Virus record (IMG/VR): IMGVR_UViG_3300010398_000031
Location: 1-28,946 of that record
Source of the DNA: a virus
Taxonomy: Duplodnaviria; Caudoviricetes
DNA: 28,946 nt
Reading direction: 5' to 3' (one strand)
The first letter of the stretch is position 1; each line of letters starts with the position of its first letter. This document shows positions 14,286 through 24,556 of the stretch, one piece after another. Below the pieces are notes generated by a model. The model was not told the origin of the DNA, did not search any database, and saw only the letters and a program-made list of their open reading frames with translations. A program made the position numbers and the translations under genes.

Positions 14286-16526
14286 CTACTTGCTCTGTCC
14301 GGGTTCCAATCTGATGAAACGGCCCAGGAAGTACACCGACTCGTCGAACTGGTCGTCGCAGTAGATCATGATGAACAAGCAACCAGCCTGGTCATCACCG
14401 ACGTTCTGGGTCGGATCCGGGTTCAGGTACCCCTTGGCCACCAGGTCCCAGTCCCAGCCGGTGTCATCCTGCAGCATCCCGGACCGCTTGTTGCCGCCGG
14501 AGAACCGGCCAGGGTAGTAGCCGGCCGGCTCGTAGTAGTTACCCCAGCCGACGATGATGGACGGGTCCGGCAACTGCGGGTCACCTGCCCAGGGGAACGG
14601 ACTACCATCTGGCTGCACCTTCTCCCAGCTACCCCGGTAAAACGGATGGTTCTGGGCGTGTCCGTCGATGGTCTGGTAGGTGGTCGGGATGATGTCCCCG
14701 TTCACCTTCATCGCCTTCAGGTATGGCGGGTAGTGTGGATCGCTCTGCGGGATCATCTCCGGCATGCTGGTCGCGAAAACACCGCTCAGGTAGTACACCG
14801 ACAGGTGGAACTTGACCGGCATCACGTGCCCGTCCTTGTCGTACGCACAGAGCTGGGTGAGCCGAATCGAGCCAGAAGCGGCCATCCGAATCATAATCGC
14901 CGCATCCGGGCGGTTGTTGCGCTTAGTGGAGCTCCAGTTGTGGTTGGCATTGTCCGTGTCGGTCGGACCGATCTGGATGTACCAGGGCTTGTACGCCGGG
15001 TTGGACGGCGGGAACTGGGTGGTGAAGTCCTCGTACGGGAACTCTGCATCCTGGGGCAGCTTCTCGTTGAAGAACTCCTTGGCCGGGGTCGGGATGATCC
15101 CCGAGCCCGCCGAATAGCTCCACGGCAGGATCAGGTCCTGGATGGTGGTGGAGTACTTGCCGACCTGGAGCGAGCGCAACGGAGCCAGCGCGTCCCGGGT
15201 CCTGGCTCGGACCTCGTCCACCGTCAGCACGTCGCGGTACTTGGTGTCGTAGGTCAACGTGTTGGTCATCGCGGTGAAGTCCGCGTTGGACTGGGTGACG
15301 TGGGCCAGCACTCCGTCCCGGACTCCGAACAACCCGTTGATCCGGATCGTTGCGCCACCCTTGATTAGCAGCCGGGGTACCAGTGCACCAACGGTGGTCC
15401 TCGGGTCGGTGGACAGCGTGATGTCACCGGTGATGCCCGGCTCGGCGAACCGCTGGTACTGGCCCTGAGCCACCTTCGCGGCAGCGACCTCGTCAACGCC
15501 GGACTGGAAGGTAATCATCGTCTCCTTCGGCTTGACCAGCGGGTTGAAGTTCGGGTTGGACTTGCGCGGCCACATCTGCGGGTCCCAGGCGAACGGCTTG
15601 AAGTAGGTGGTCTTCCCGTCCGGAGAGACTTCGATGTTGGAGAAGTTAATGCCGGCGAAGTCGGTGCCCGACCCATAGATCACCCCGGCCCGCTGGGTGT
15701 AGTCCCGGGTACCGTTCAACGCGACACCCGGTGCGCCCAGGGTGATATCGATGATGGAGTCGTCGTCGGCGTCGGGAATCCTGCGCAGGTACAGCTCGGG
15801 CCGGCGATGACCCAGATTCCGCACGCTCCACTGCGCCCCACCGTGGGCAAACATCACGGTCAGCAGCGACTGCACGAAGCCGGTCAGTAGCGGCTCCCAG
15901 CTACCCGTCGACCTTGAGGTGATACCCGTCCAGGGCATCCCGGTGGCCACGCCCCACGGCTTCAACATGGACAGGTACGCCGGGTCCTTGAACGGAGGCA
16001 CGGTTAATGGCCAGTTGACCGGGAACTGGATCAGGAATTTGCCCAGGTGTGCTGGATGGGCATCCTGGTCGAAGGCCTGCGCGATCAGGATCTCGTACGG
16101 GATCGGCCGACTCGGGAAGCTGGGGATGGCCAGATAGTCGTCCAACCCGTAGAAGGCACCCTTCAGGTCAAGCGTGAAGGACGTACTTTGCCCGTCCAGA
16201 CTGAATGAGTACGACGCGATGTAGCCCTCCCAGGTCCAGTCGAAGTCGTACCCACCAGTGTTCTGGAACACGATGTCGATGTCGCAGTACGGCACCAGCC
16301 ACTCCAGATCGCCGGCACCGGGGATGTCGAACGGGGTGATCTGGGCCATCGACAGCTGGGCGGTGGTGTCGGTGAACGGGTCGCTGGTGGTCACCGCGGA
16401 GACGATGGTCGGCGCACCGCGGAACAGGGTGATCTCCCGGCGGAAGCTCCCGGGCGGAGTGGCGAAGACCCGGAAGAAGCCGAGCGGCAACTGCTCGGAG
16501 GCATAGGCGGTCAGCGTCTGGGTCAC
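14286..16526 (-). CDS. minor tail protein (baseplate hub/Tal-like)
   Basis: 746 aa, downstream of the tape measure gene, P/G/aromatic-rich beta composition. Confidence 0.75.
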   Translation of the reverse strand: MTQTLTAYASEQLPLGFFRVFATPPGSFRREITLFRGAPTIVSAVTTSDPFTDTTAQLSMAQITPFDIPGAGDLEWLVPYCDIDIVFQNTGGYDFDWTWEGYIASYSFSLDGQSTSFTLDLKGAFYGLDDYLAIPSFPSRPIPYEILIAQAFDQDAHPAHLGKFLIQFPVNWPLTVPPFKDPAYLSMLKPWGVATGMPWTGITSRSTGSWEPLLTGFVQSLLTVMFAHGGAQWSVRNLGHRRPELYLRRIPDADDDSIIDITLGAPGVALNGTRDYTQRAGVIYGSGTDFAGINFSNIEVSPDGKTTYFKPFAWDPQMWPRKSNPNFNPLVKPKETMITFQSGVDEVAAAKVAQGQYQRFAEPGITGDITLSTDPRTTVGALVPRLLIKGGATIRINGLFGVRDGVLAHVTQSNADFTAMTNTLTYDTKYRDVLTVDEVRARTRDALAPLRSLQVGKYSTTIQDLILPWSYSAGSGIIPTPAKEFFNEKLPQDAEFPYEDFTTQFPPSNPAYKPWYIQIGPTDTDNANHNWSSTKRNNRPDAAIMIRMAASGSIRLTQLCAYDKDGHVMPVKFHLSVYYLSGVFATSMPEMIPQSDPHYPPYLKAMKVNGDIIPTTYQTIDGHAQNHPFYRGSWEKVQPDGSPFPWAGDPQLPDPSIIVGWGNYYEPAGYYPGRFSGGNKRSGMLQDDTGWDWDLVAKGYLNPDPTQNVGDDQAGCLFIMIYCDDQFDESVYFLGRFIRLEPGQSK

Positions 16527-17500
16527 CCGTCACCGCCGTAGACCTGGGACAGCAGGCTGAACTCGGCCATCACCGCCGAACGTTTCAGGGTGTTGGGGTA
16601 GATACCGAGGTCAAGCAGCGCCATGTCCATGGTGCCGGCTTCCGGGTTAGGGGTGTTCCCGAGCCAGAAATGGGTCCCCAGCGGCTCAGGAGTCGGTCCG
16701 GCTACCAATGACTTACTCAGGATCTTCGAGGGCCCTGGACCGGCATACAGCACCGTCTGTGGCCTGTCGACGACCAGCGCCACGTATGTCGGAGCGGTGG
16801 AGCTCAGCGCGTCCCCGATCGGGACTCCCTTCTGCGAGCGCATCTTGTCGGTGGTCATGAAGATCGCCTGAACCTTCACCGTGAAGTAGGCGTAGGCACC
16901 GTCCAGGGTGTCCGGCCCCCACAGCCCGTTCTCGATCGTGTTCGGGTCGTTGCCGTACAGCGAGTTCGGACTGAGCACCATGATCACCGTGTAGCCGCTG
17001 GTACCACCCATCACCAGATCCAGGTTGCAGGTCATATAGCCGGCGGTATCGGAGTCGAAGTTCAGCACCGTCATGTCGATGAACCGCTCGTCGTTGATCC
17101 GGTACTCGTAGTCGGTGTACAGCGTCGGCTCGTTGTCCGGATTGGTCTGCCACGGCGATGACTGACCCTGGATCGGGGTCCACTGCAGCGCGGTCTGGTC
17201 GTAGTAGTTGGTGTCCGCACACCAGCGCACCGCGGCGTTGGTGGTCAGTGAGGTGGGTGCGTCCCGGTTGCCCAGCACGGTGCCGTCTCCGGACACCAGC
17301 ACCTCGGCCCGGATGTCACCATCGGGTACCGGCACCGGCCAGCCGGCCATGATCCGGTACTCGTCGACCTCCCAGGCCGAGCTCATCATCGGGTACAACC
17401 CACCAGGCACGTTCAGCAGCCGTGGTGGTAGCACGTTGGCCTTGACCCTGGCCTGCAGGGTGACATCGACCAGTCCCGTCTTGGCCGACTGGACGACCAT
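16523..17500 (-). CDS. minor tail protein (possible LamG/ConA-like fold)
   Basis: Position in the tail module. GYTVIMV...FWLGN...LLDLGIYPNTL pattern. Confidence 0.65.
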   Translation of the reverse strand: MVVQSAKTGLVDVTLQARVKANVLPPRLLNVPGGLYPMMSSAWEVDEYRIMAGWPVPVPDGDIRAEVLVSGDGTVLGNRDAPTSLTTNAAVRWCADTNYYDQTALQWTPIQGQSSPWQTNPDNEPTLYTDYEYRINDERFIDMTVLNFDSDTAGYMTCNLDLVMGGTSGYTVIMVLSPNSLYGNDPNTIENGLWGPDTLDGAYAYFTVKVQAIFMTTDKMRSQKGVPIGDALSSTAPTYVALVVDRPQTVLYAGPGPSKILSKSLVAGPTPEPLGTHFWLGNTPNPEAGTMDMALLDLGIYPNTLKRSAVMAEFSLLSQVYGGDG

Positions 17501-17943
17501 CAGGACTCATCCTCTTGCAGGAAGAACGGTCCGAGCTGGACGCTCAGATCCCCTGGATCGAGCACCACCTGATCTCCCGTTGCCACCATGATCGGCACCT
17601 CCAGGTCGCCGACCAGCAGTGGATAGCCGTCCACCACTGCGTTGCACAGCGCCCAGAAGTTGCACTGACCCCAATCGCTCGCCGCGGTCGGGAACTGGAC
17701 GGACAACGTGTTGTAGACCAGTTGCGGCTGGGAGTCGTTGGCCCAGTTCGCCAGGTCGTTGGGCACCTCGATCCGGGCATAGTCGTCAGCTGTCGGCTCA
17801 TCCAGCTCGCTGCCGTCCATGTACGGCGTCGGCGCGATCTGGCAGACCAACGCCAAGTAGAAGCTGGTCGGCGGCTGGGTGGTCATCGCGAAGTAGTTGG
17901 TGAGCACCTGACCGGCTCCCCACATGGTCAGACGGCCAGTCAT
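17500..17943 (-). CDS. minor tail protein
   Basis: Start MTGRLTMWG at 17943 overlaps the upstream stop. FYLAL...YARIEV...VQFPTAASDWG motif. Confidence 0.75.
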   Translation of the reverse strand: MTGRLTMWGAGQVLTNYFAMTTQPPTSFYLALVCQIAPTPYMDGSELDEPTADDYARIEVPNDLANWANDSQPQLVYNTLSVQFPTAASDWGQCNFWALCNAVVDGYPLLVGDLEVPIMVATGDQVVLDPGDLSVQLGPFFLQEDES

Positions 17944-18401
17944 CAGATGTACTCCCTGGAGACGTCGGGATAGCGCGGGACGGTGGCCGTGACCTGGGCC
18001 ATCAGATTGTGCGTCCAGACCTGACCGCGGCTGATCTGGGTCTCGCTCAGCTGACAGCGCCAGTACTCCCGGTACTCGTCGAAGGTCCATCGGATCCGGA
18101 AGTCGTACTGTTCGAACAGCCCGAGCAGGGTGAACAGGTTGTCGCTGACCTCGGTCTGGGTGCCACCGTAGATCCAGACCCCGACCTGCTCGGAAATCAT
18201 GTCCGGCACCGCGTGGATCAGGTAGTTGCCACCGAGGATGGGGGACTCGGCGGTGGTCTTACGCCAGCTCTTCTGGGTACTGTCCCGGGTGCCCTCGGCG
18301 CAGATCTGGTAGGTCAACCCATCGTTGAGGTTCACCCACCGGGTGCCCCAGCTGATCTCGGCCGCCATGTAGGACAGACCGGGATCGGTAAGCGCCGTCA
18401 T
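17943..18401 (-). CDS. distal tail (Dit-like) / minor tail protein
   Basis: Immediately downstream of the tape measure gene with ATGA overlap. Assignment is positional. Confidence 0.65.
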   Translation of the reverse strand: MTALTDPGLSYMAAEISWGTRWVNLNDGLTYQICAEGTRDSTQKSWRKTTAESPILGGNYLIHAVPDMISEQVGVWIYGGTQTEVSDNLFTLLGLFEQYDFRIRWTFDEYREYWRCQLSETQISRGQVWTHNLMAQVTATVPRYPDVSREYI

Positions 18402-21400
18402 ACCGGTGCTCCTGTCGTCAGGGCCGGCCTGCTCAGTGCCAGCACCCGCTGGCGGGCCTGAAGCTGGGCGACCAGATCGGCTGGGTTGCTGGCAGTGACC
18501 GTGATCGGCCCGGTGAAGTTGGTGGACCGGTCGATCTGGGTCTTGTAGATGTTCATCGAGCCACCTCGGACCGGAGTGCTACCCATCCCGACTCCACGTG
18601 CTCCGGCCATCGCGTTGTACAGGAACTCCCCGCCCCGGTCGTTCAGCGGGATGACCGCCTCCGGGCCCTTCTCGCCGACCCCCACCACGTTCGGCTGGGT
18701 GAACACCGAGCCATCGCCGTACCAGCCGACCCGCTTGTGGAAGGCCCAGGCAGCGTTCGGGTCCATATACCGGTCCCGGATGTACTGCAAGCCGTACTTC
18801 GTCTGCAGCCGAGGGTTGGAGGTCTTCCGCCCGTATGGTGCCCAGGTCGGGTCCAGGAACTGGAACATCCCGTAGGCGGTACTGGTCGGGTTCTGCGCGG
18901 TGTTGTTGAACCCGGACTCGCTCATCACCAGCTGATAGAGCGACGACCATTCGTCTCCCCAGCCCACGTGTCTGGCCGCAGCGTGCACCATGGCCTCGTT
19001 GCTCGGGTAGCTGCTCCGACCAGGGTCACCGAACGCGTCACCAGCCCCTGGCAACCCGCCGGCAGCCTGAATCACCTGGCGGGCGAATCGGTTGATGATC
19101 ATCGAGATCATCCCGGACTCCAACGGACGTGCCCCCTGCAACGCAGCCGCGGCCGCCTCGACCTTTGGATAGCGATGTCTGAGCACATCCCAGATGCTCA
19201 TCCTCCGACCGCCGGTCTGTCCCAGATCGCCGATGTCTAGTGTGCCGTGCGCGCCGACGGCCCCGGTGATGAACTCGAACGGGTTGCCGTCGGAGTCACC
19301 GAAGTGCAGGTGCGGCCCCGATGAGTTTCCGCTCGAGCCGGACAGTCCGATCGGCTGGCCACCGACCACACGGGTACCAGCCGTATAGCCACGCTTGCTC
19401 AGGTGCGCGTAGATCAGCTCCGGACCGAGGATGCTCTTCAGGTACATCACCCGGCCGTAGGAGCCGTACGGTCCGTACTTGGCATCGTGGTAGGTGTCGG
19501 AGGCCAGTGGACCGGTGATGTCATAGGACCGGGAGATGGTGCCGGAGCTGACCGCGTACACCGTGGTACCTACCGGAGTAGCCAGGTCGACCGCCGGATA
19601 GCCGGTCCAGGAGTCGTGGAGGCCCCGAGTGACCGTAGCGTTGATCGGTCGGAACACTCCACCAGCGGCGAACCCGCCGTGCATGGAGGCGTGGTTGACC
19701 GCCTCGATGAACTTCTCCCCGCCCAGCAGCCGGGTGGCCTCCGGACGCAGGATGCCCTCCCCACCCCCGACCGCGATGGTGTGGGTATCGCGACCGGGGG
19801 TGTAACCGGGAACCACTCCGCCGCTATGCATGCCACCCAGGCCTTGACCGTGCCGCTCGAGCTGTCCTGGCGCACCACCGGGAACCGTGAAACCGCTGTC
19901 CCGGAACTGTGGCGGGGTGTACTGGATGTGCAGGATGCGGGCCAGGTCGGTCATCAGCCCGATGGCTGCCGGACGAGTGGACGTGCGTAGTCCGGTCCAG
20001 GTGTTCAGTGCGGCGGTGGCCAGCTGCTGTCCGTAGCCGGTCAGCTGGGTGGAGCCCTGCTTGAGGATGCCGGTGATCGAGCCGGTGATGTACTTCGCCG
20101 AGTTGGCGATGTCCTCCCGGGCCCGGTTCATCATCCGGTGGTACGACGTCAACTGGCGATCGATCATGGTGTTGTAGTCGGTAACCTGCTGGTCCATCAT
20201 GATGCCGAAGTCGGTCCGGTTCCGGGCCATGTTCCGCTTGAAGTCGGCCTCACCCTGATCCATGTGCCGGTTGAAGTCTTCCTGACCGCGCGCGAGGTTG
20301 AGGTTCTCCGACCGCTGCATCTCCCGCCACTGCAGGTTTGACTGGTCCTTGAACAGGTCCCCAGCCGCCTTGATCCGCTCGCTGCCGGCCGCCTCATTGA
20401 GCTGCCTGACCAGCTGCGGGGTCATCTCGGTGACGAACCTGGCCAGCTGCTGCTGATTCTTCGGGTCGGTCAAGCCGAGCTGCTGGATGGCCTGGGTGGT
20501 CAGACCTTCCCTGCGCAGCTTCCGCAGATCGGTCTCCTGCTCCCGCATCCGGACTACCTGATCCTGGGCACTGGCCAGCACCGACTCCGCCGAGTAGGTC
20601 CGGACCGCGGTCTGCCGGGTGTAGATGTCGTACATCGACTGCGCCTGCTGCTTGATCGCCAGCTCGACCGAATGGTTGTAGTCGGCTTCCTGGCGCTGCC
20701 GCTGCAGATTGAACTCGTACTCGGCCCGGCGCTTCTGGATGTAGTAATCCTGGGTGGCCCGAGACTGCATCCGCTGGAACTGTTCCTCCTCACGGGTGCG
20801 CTGCAGGTCGTAGTCCTCTTGGGCATAAGTCCGCTGGGTGGCGAAGTCCTGCTGGGCCCGCTGCTGGCTGATGTTGAACTGATCCTGCTGGAGGAGCAGC
20901 TGCTTGACCGAGTTGACCTGATCCACCACCGCCTGGGCAGCCTGCTGCTTGCCCGCCTGGATCAGGTTCACCTGGGTCTGGGTCATGGTCGGGGTGATCG
21001 GGATGGATGACCACATCTGACCCATCTGCAGCTGAGCGTTGAATGCCGCAGGCGGAGCCATCAGCGGCATCCTGGTCATCAGGTTCTGCTGGGCCATGTT
21101 GGCCAGTGACATCTGGAGCTCGAAGGGCCGGCTGTTCTCATCCCCGGACCGGAACATCGTCTGCTGCGCGGATCGCATGATCGCGATATCGCTGAGACCC
21201 CGGTTGCGCAGGCTGTCGTAGATGTTCAGGACGCCCTGGTAGAAGTCACCGACATTGGCCTGGAATCGCAGCGATGCCCGTGCTGTCGGGTCGCCCAGCA
21301 TCGCAGCGCCAGCCGCCGTCTGCCGTATCTGGCGGTACTCACCGGTAGCAATCCCCGGCTCGACCAGCTCACGTTGCAGCTTGAACCAGGCGTGGTAGTG

Positions 21401-24178
21401 CTGCTGGTCATCGGAGGCATGCCGGAAGGCCTCGGTGACGTCATCAACCGTAATGCCCAGTTTCTGCATCGCCGGCTGGAAGTCCTGCACGATCTGATCA
21501 AGCTTCTGGAAGTCGGCCGCGGAGTAGGTGAATCGTTCGAATCCCTTGCCCTCGGCACCAGCCAACGCCACGAAGGCGTTCGCCATGCTGGTGTCTTTCT
21601 CCTGTGCCGCTTGCGCTGCCCTAGCCTGCTCACCAGGCGATGGCCCACCGGTCAGGAAACTGACCCCGGCCTTGGCTGCGCCATACAGCTGCTGTGGAGA
21701 CTCCCCACCGATGAGACCGCCGACGATCGGGACGTACTTAGTGATGTTCCAGAAGCCACCCCTCGGTTGAGCCAGCGACTGTAGGTTGCCCCAGTTCTGC
21801 TGCAGCGCCTGACCGGCCGCGTACTGCTGGGACGGGACTCCCGCTTGGACCGCCTGTTGATACTGGGTCTGCAGCGCGCTGAACTGCTTGCGTTGCTGGT
21901 AGACATCCAGCCCGAACCCCAGCGCACCGCCGATCAGCGCTCCAGGCAGTCCGAACATGGAACCCATGGCGGCGAACATCGGTCCTTGGTCTTGGACCCC
22001 GAGCGCACTCATCGCGCCCATCCCGAGCATGCCGGCCAACGGCATTGCCATCGGTGATCTAGCCAGTGCTCCGAGCCCCCAACGTCCGGCTCCCAGCACT
22101 CCACCACCCATTCCGGCCGCGACACTGCCGACGCCCTGGGCCAATCGCTTGAGTCCGACGGCCGAGCTCTCAGCTGCCTTGGTCTGGTCCTGAGTGGCCA
22201 GGATGTTCGCCCGCATCGCCTGCTCGGTGGCTTGCGCGTTGGACAGCCGAGTCTGGGTCTCCTCCTTCATTGCCTTGAGCTCGTCGAGCCGAGCGTCTCG
22301 AGCCGCTGCCGCAGCGACCGGGTCCAGGTGGGTGCCCTCGTCGATCTTCATCGCCTGCAGCCTGGCGGTCTCCTGGCTGATCTTGCTCAGATCCGTCTGG
22401 GCGGTGCTAACGTCACCCATCGCCGTCGACAATCGAACCCGATCGACCAACCTGGACCAGGGAGCCTGCTGCTGCAACCACAGCGTCCGCTTAGTCGGAT
22501 CGGCGTAACGCATCTGGTCGAAGCTGGGACCGATCATGCCGATCAACCGGCCGGCCCCGCCTGCCATGTACGACGCCATGCTGCGCGGCACCCCAGGCAC
22601 GTAGTTGGGGTCCACCATCTCCCGGCCGGTCTGGTAGCCCTGCCGGACGAAGTCCCGGATCCCGGCATATCCACTGCCAATGAGCTGTCCGGTGTTGTAC
22701 TGGTAGCGCTGGAGCCAGGTCCCACCTTGAGCCAGCTGCTGGCCACGGGTCATCAGCGGACCCGTGCCGCGTGCCGCATAGGTACCGTCGGGCATCCGGA
22801 CCAACGCAGCACCGCCGGCCTTGCCCTCGGAAAAGCCGTAGGCCATCGAGCTACGGAAGATCGCGAAGGCGCTGGCCACCTTGAGCAGAGCCCCGGCGAA
22901 CAGCAGCATGGTGCCGACTCCACCGGCCAACGGAGCCAGGATGCCCATGATCAAGGCAGCGAACTTGCCCAGCGGCCCCTCGACGATCTTGTTGACCACC
23001 TCGGCGGCCTTGTTCATCCCCTCCAGGAACTTCTCGATCATCGGGGCGAAGTAGGACCCCATCGTCTCCGCAGTGGTCTTCAGGTTCTCCCGCAGCTTGT
23101 CGAACTCGTCGTTCAGCGACTGCATGGCTGCCTGGGCACCGCGCTGGGTGGCACCCCTGGCGTTCGGGTCCTCGGCCATCCCGAGCGCCTGCCGAATACC
23201 ACCTGGCTGGTTCAGCACGGCGGTGATGGACCGCATCGACCGGACCCCGTCCAGTCCGAGGCGGTCCAGCTCGGCAGCAGCCCGCGGGCCCATCCTCTGC
23301 AATGCCTCGAGGATGTCGACGATCTGGTTCTCAGCACCCAGCTTCTTGAACTGCTGCTGGGTCATCCCGACCAGGTTCGCGTAGTGCGCGATCTCCGGTG
23401 ATCCGGTGGCCATCGACTTGGAGATGTCGCCAGCGACCTTGGTGAACACGGTGGCCGCCGCGGTACCGTCCTGACCCGCCTTGACGAACATGGTGGCGAA
23501 GCCGGCCACCTGCTTGGTGTTCAGTCCGACAGCGCGTCCGATGGGGGCCAGCTGGGAGGTGAAATCGATCAGACCTTGGGCACTGGCGTTGGTCTGAGCG
23601 GCAAGGTAAGTGAAGGTATCGGCGTACTTGCGGGTGGTCTGGGCGTTGACCGGAACGCCCATCACCTTCTGTAGGTTGGTCAGCGAGTCGGCCAGCCCTT
23701 CGCTGGACTCCCCGGTGGCCTTGGACATGTCCATGAACACCTTGGACAGGTCGGTCAGCGATCTGGTCTGGGTGATGTTGGTGATCTTGGCCAGCGTCTC
23801 CACCAGGGTGGCCGCCTCGCCGGCGGTCGCCCCGTACGTCGTACGCAGTGTGTTCACCGCGCCGGTGTAGTCCTTCATCACCGCAGCGGCCTGGGTCTGA
23901 CTGCGGGACAGGATGGCGGCCTGCGCATTCAGCAGGCTGACCTGCTGCTCGTACGACGACCAGGCGGCAGTGGCAGCGGTGATGACGCCGACGTCGGCCA
24001 TCGAGATGCCGATGAACTTGCGACCTGCCGACTTGGCCAGGTTGTTCATCTTCTGGCTGAGCGAGTCCAGGCTGGTACCAAGTCGGTCAGTCGACTGGGC
24101 CGACTGATTCATGGCCTGGTCGTACTGGGTGTTATCGCTGGTCAGTACGACGTTCGCGTCAACCGGTGTGACCGTCAT
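18398..24178 (-). CDS. tape measure protein with C-terminal M23 peptidase and lytic transglycosylase domains
   Basis: 1926 aa Ala/Gln-rich, TP901-like core, 11-aa aromatic periodicity. M23 motifs YAHLS and GNSSGPHLHF. SLT motif ESGFNNTAQNPTSTAYGMFQFL. Confidence 0.95.
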   Translation of the reverse strand: MTVTPVDANVVLTSDNTQYDQAMNQSAQSTDRLGTSLDSLSQKMNNLAKSAGRKFIGISMADVGVITAATAAWSSYEQQVSLLNAQAAILSRSQTQAAAVMKDYTGAVNTLRTTYGATAGEAATLVETLAKITNITQTRSLTDLSKVFMDMSKATGESSEGLADSLTNLQKVMGVPVNAQTTRKYADTFTYLAAQTNASAQGLIDFTSQLAPIGRAVGLNTKQVAGFATMFVKAGQDGTAAATVFTKVAGDISKSMATGSPEIAHYANLVGMTQQQFKKLGAENQIVDILEALQRMGPRAAAELDRLGLDGVRSMRSITAVLNQPGGIRQALGMAEDPNARGATQRGAQAAMQSLNDEFDKLRENLKTTAETMGSYFAPMIEKFLEGMNKAAEVVNKIVEGPLGKFAALIMGILAPLAGGVGTMLLFAGALLKVASAFAIFRSSMAYGFSEGKAGGAALVRMPDGTYAARGTGPLMTRGQQLAQGGTWLQRYQYNTGQLIGSGYAGIRDFVRQGYQTGREMVDPNYVPGVPRSMASYMAGGAGRLIGMIGPSFDQMRYADPTKRTLWLQQQAPWSRLVDRVRLSTAMGDVSTAQTDLSKISQETARLQAMKIDEGTHLDPVAAAAARDARLDELKAMKEETQTRLSNAQATEQAMRANILATQDQTKAAESSAVGLKRLAQGVGSVAAGMGGGVLGAGRWGLGALARSPMAMPLAGMLGMGAMSALGVQDQGPMFAAMGSMFGLPGALIGGALGFGLDVYQQRKQFSALQTQYQQAVQAGVPSQQYAAGQALQQNWGNLQSLAQPRGGFWNITKYVPIVGGLIGGESPQQLYGAAKAGVSFLTGGPSPGEQARAAQAAQEKDTSMANAFVALAGAEGKGFERFTYSAADFQKLDQIVQDFQPAMQKLGITVDDVTEAFRHASDDQQHYHAWFKLQRELVEPGIATGEYRQIRQTAAGAAMLGDPTARASLRFQANVGDFYQGVLNIYDSLRNRGLSDIAIMRSAQQTMFRSGDENSRPFELQMSLANMAQQNLMTRMPLMAPPAAFNAQLQMGQMWSSIPITPTMTQTQVNLIQAGKQQAAQAVVDQVNSVKQLLLQQDQFNISQQRAQQDFATQRTYAQEDYDLQRTREEEQFQRMQSRATQDYYIQKRRAEYEFNLQRQRQEADYNHSVELAIKQQAQSMYDIYTRQTAVRTYSAESVLASAQDQVVRMREQETDLRKLRREGLTTQAIQQLGLTDPKNQQQLARFVTEMTPQLVRQLNEAAGSERIKAAGDLFKDQSNLQWREMQRSENLNLARGQEDFNRHMDQGEADFKRNMARNRTDFGIMMDQQVTDYNTMIDRQLTSYHRMMNRAREDIANSAKYITGSITGILKQGSTQLTGYGQQLATAALNTWTGLRTSTRPAAIGLMTDLARILHIQYTPPQFRDSGFTVPGGAPGQLERHGQGLGGMHSGGVVPGYTPGRDTHTIAVGGGEGILRPEATRLLGGEKFIEAVNHASMHGGFAAGGVFRPINATVTRGLHDSWTGYPAVDLATPVGTTVYAVSSGTISRSYDITGPLASDTYHDAKYGPYGSYGRVMYLKSILGPELIYAHLSKRGYTAGTRVVGGQPIGLSGSSGNSSGPHLHFGDSDGNPFEFITGAVGAHGTLDIGDLGQTGGRRMSIWDVLRHRYPKVEAAAAALQGARPLESGMISMIINRFARQVIQAAGGLPGAGDAFGDPGRSSYPSNEAMVHAAARHVGWGDEWSSLYQLVMSESGFNNTAQNPTSTAYGMFQFLDPTWAPYGRKTSNPRLQTKYGLQYIRDRYMDPNAAWAFHKRVGWYGDGSVFTQPNVVGVGEKGPEAVIPLNDRGGEFLYNAMAGARGVGMGSTPVRGGSMNIYKTQIDRSTNFTGPITVTASNPADLVAQLQARQRVLALSRPALTTGAPV

Positions 24179-24188
24179 GGAGCTCGTC

Positions 24189-24556
24189 CTACTCCATCTT
24201 CATCCTGGCCCGCTTCTTGGCCTTGCGAGCCAGCTGCGCGGTCAGCTGTGGGGTGGTTGGCACCAGTTTGACATTGGTGCCGGGTAAAGAGCTGCCTTGC
24301 TGCTCAGAGAAGATCGCTTTCATGTAGCAGCCGGGGCAGAACTCCTCGACCGCGGTGAACGCGAACTTGTTGTCCTTCCACTCCCAGCCCGCAGTTCCGC
24401 ACAGCGTGCAGCGCTCGTTGGACTCCATGATGTAGGCCAGCACCTTGGCCCGGTCCTCGGGCTCCCACTCCAGGAAGACGCTGTGCGGGATGGCCTTCTC
24501 GTGGCAGTAGGACATCTCGAGGTAGAAGTTGGAGTCGACCCTCAGCCTCGATCGCT
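24189..24556 (-). CDS. tail assembly chaperone, frameshifted C-terminal extension (gpGT-like)
   Basis: Open -1 frame after the slippery site (QRSRLRVDSNFYLEMSYC...CTLC...CPGC). Lies directly before the tape measure gene. Confidence 0.8.

Noticed and set aside
14217-23401. Long plus-strand ORFs (14217..15368, 19403..19990, 22232..23401)
   Set aside because: Antisense shadows of tail and tape measure genes.
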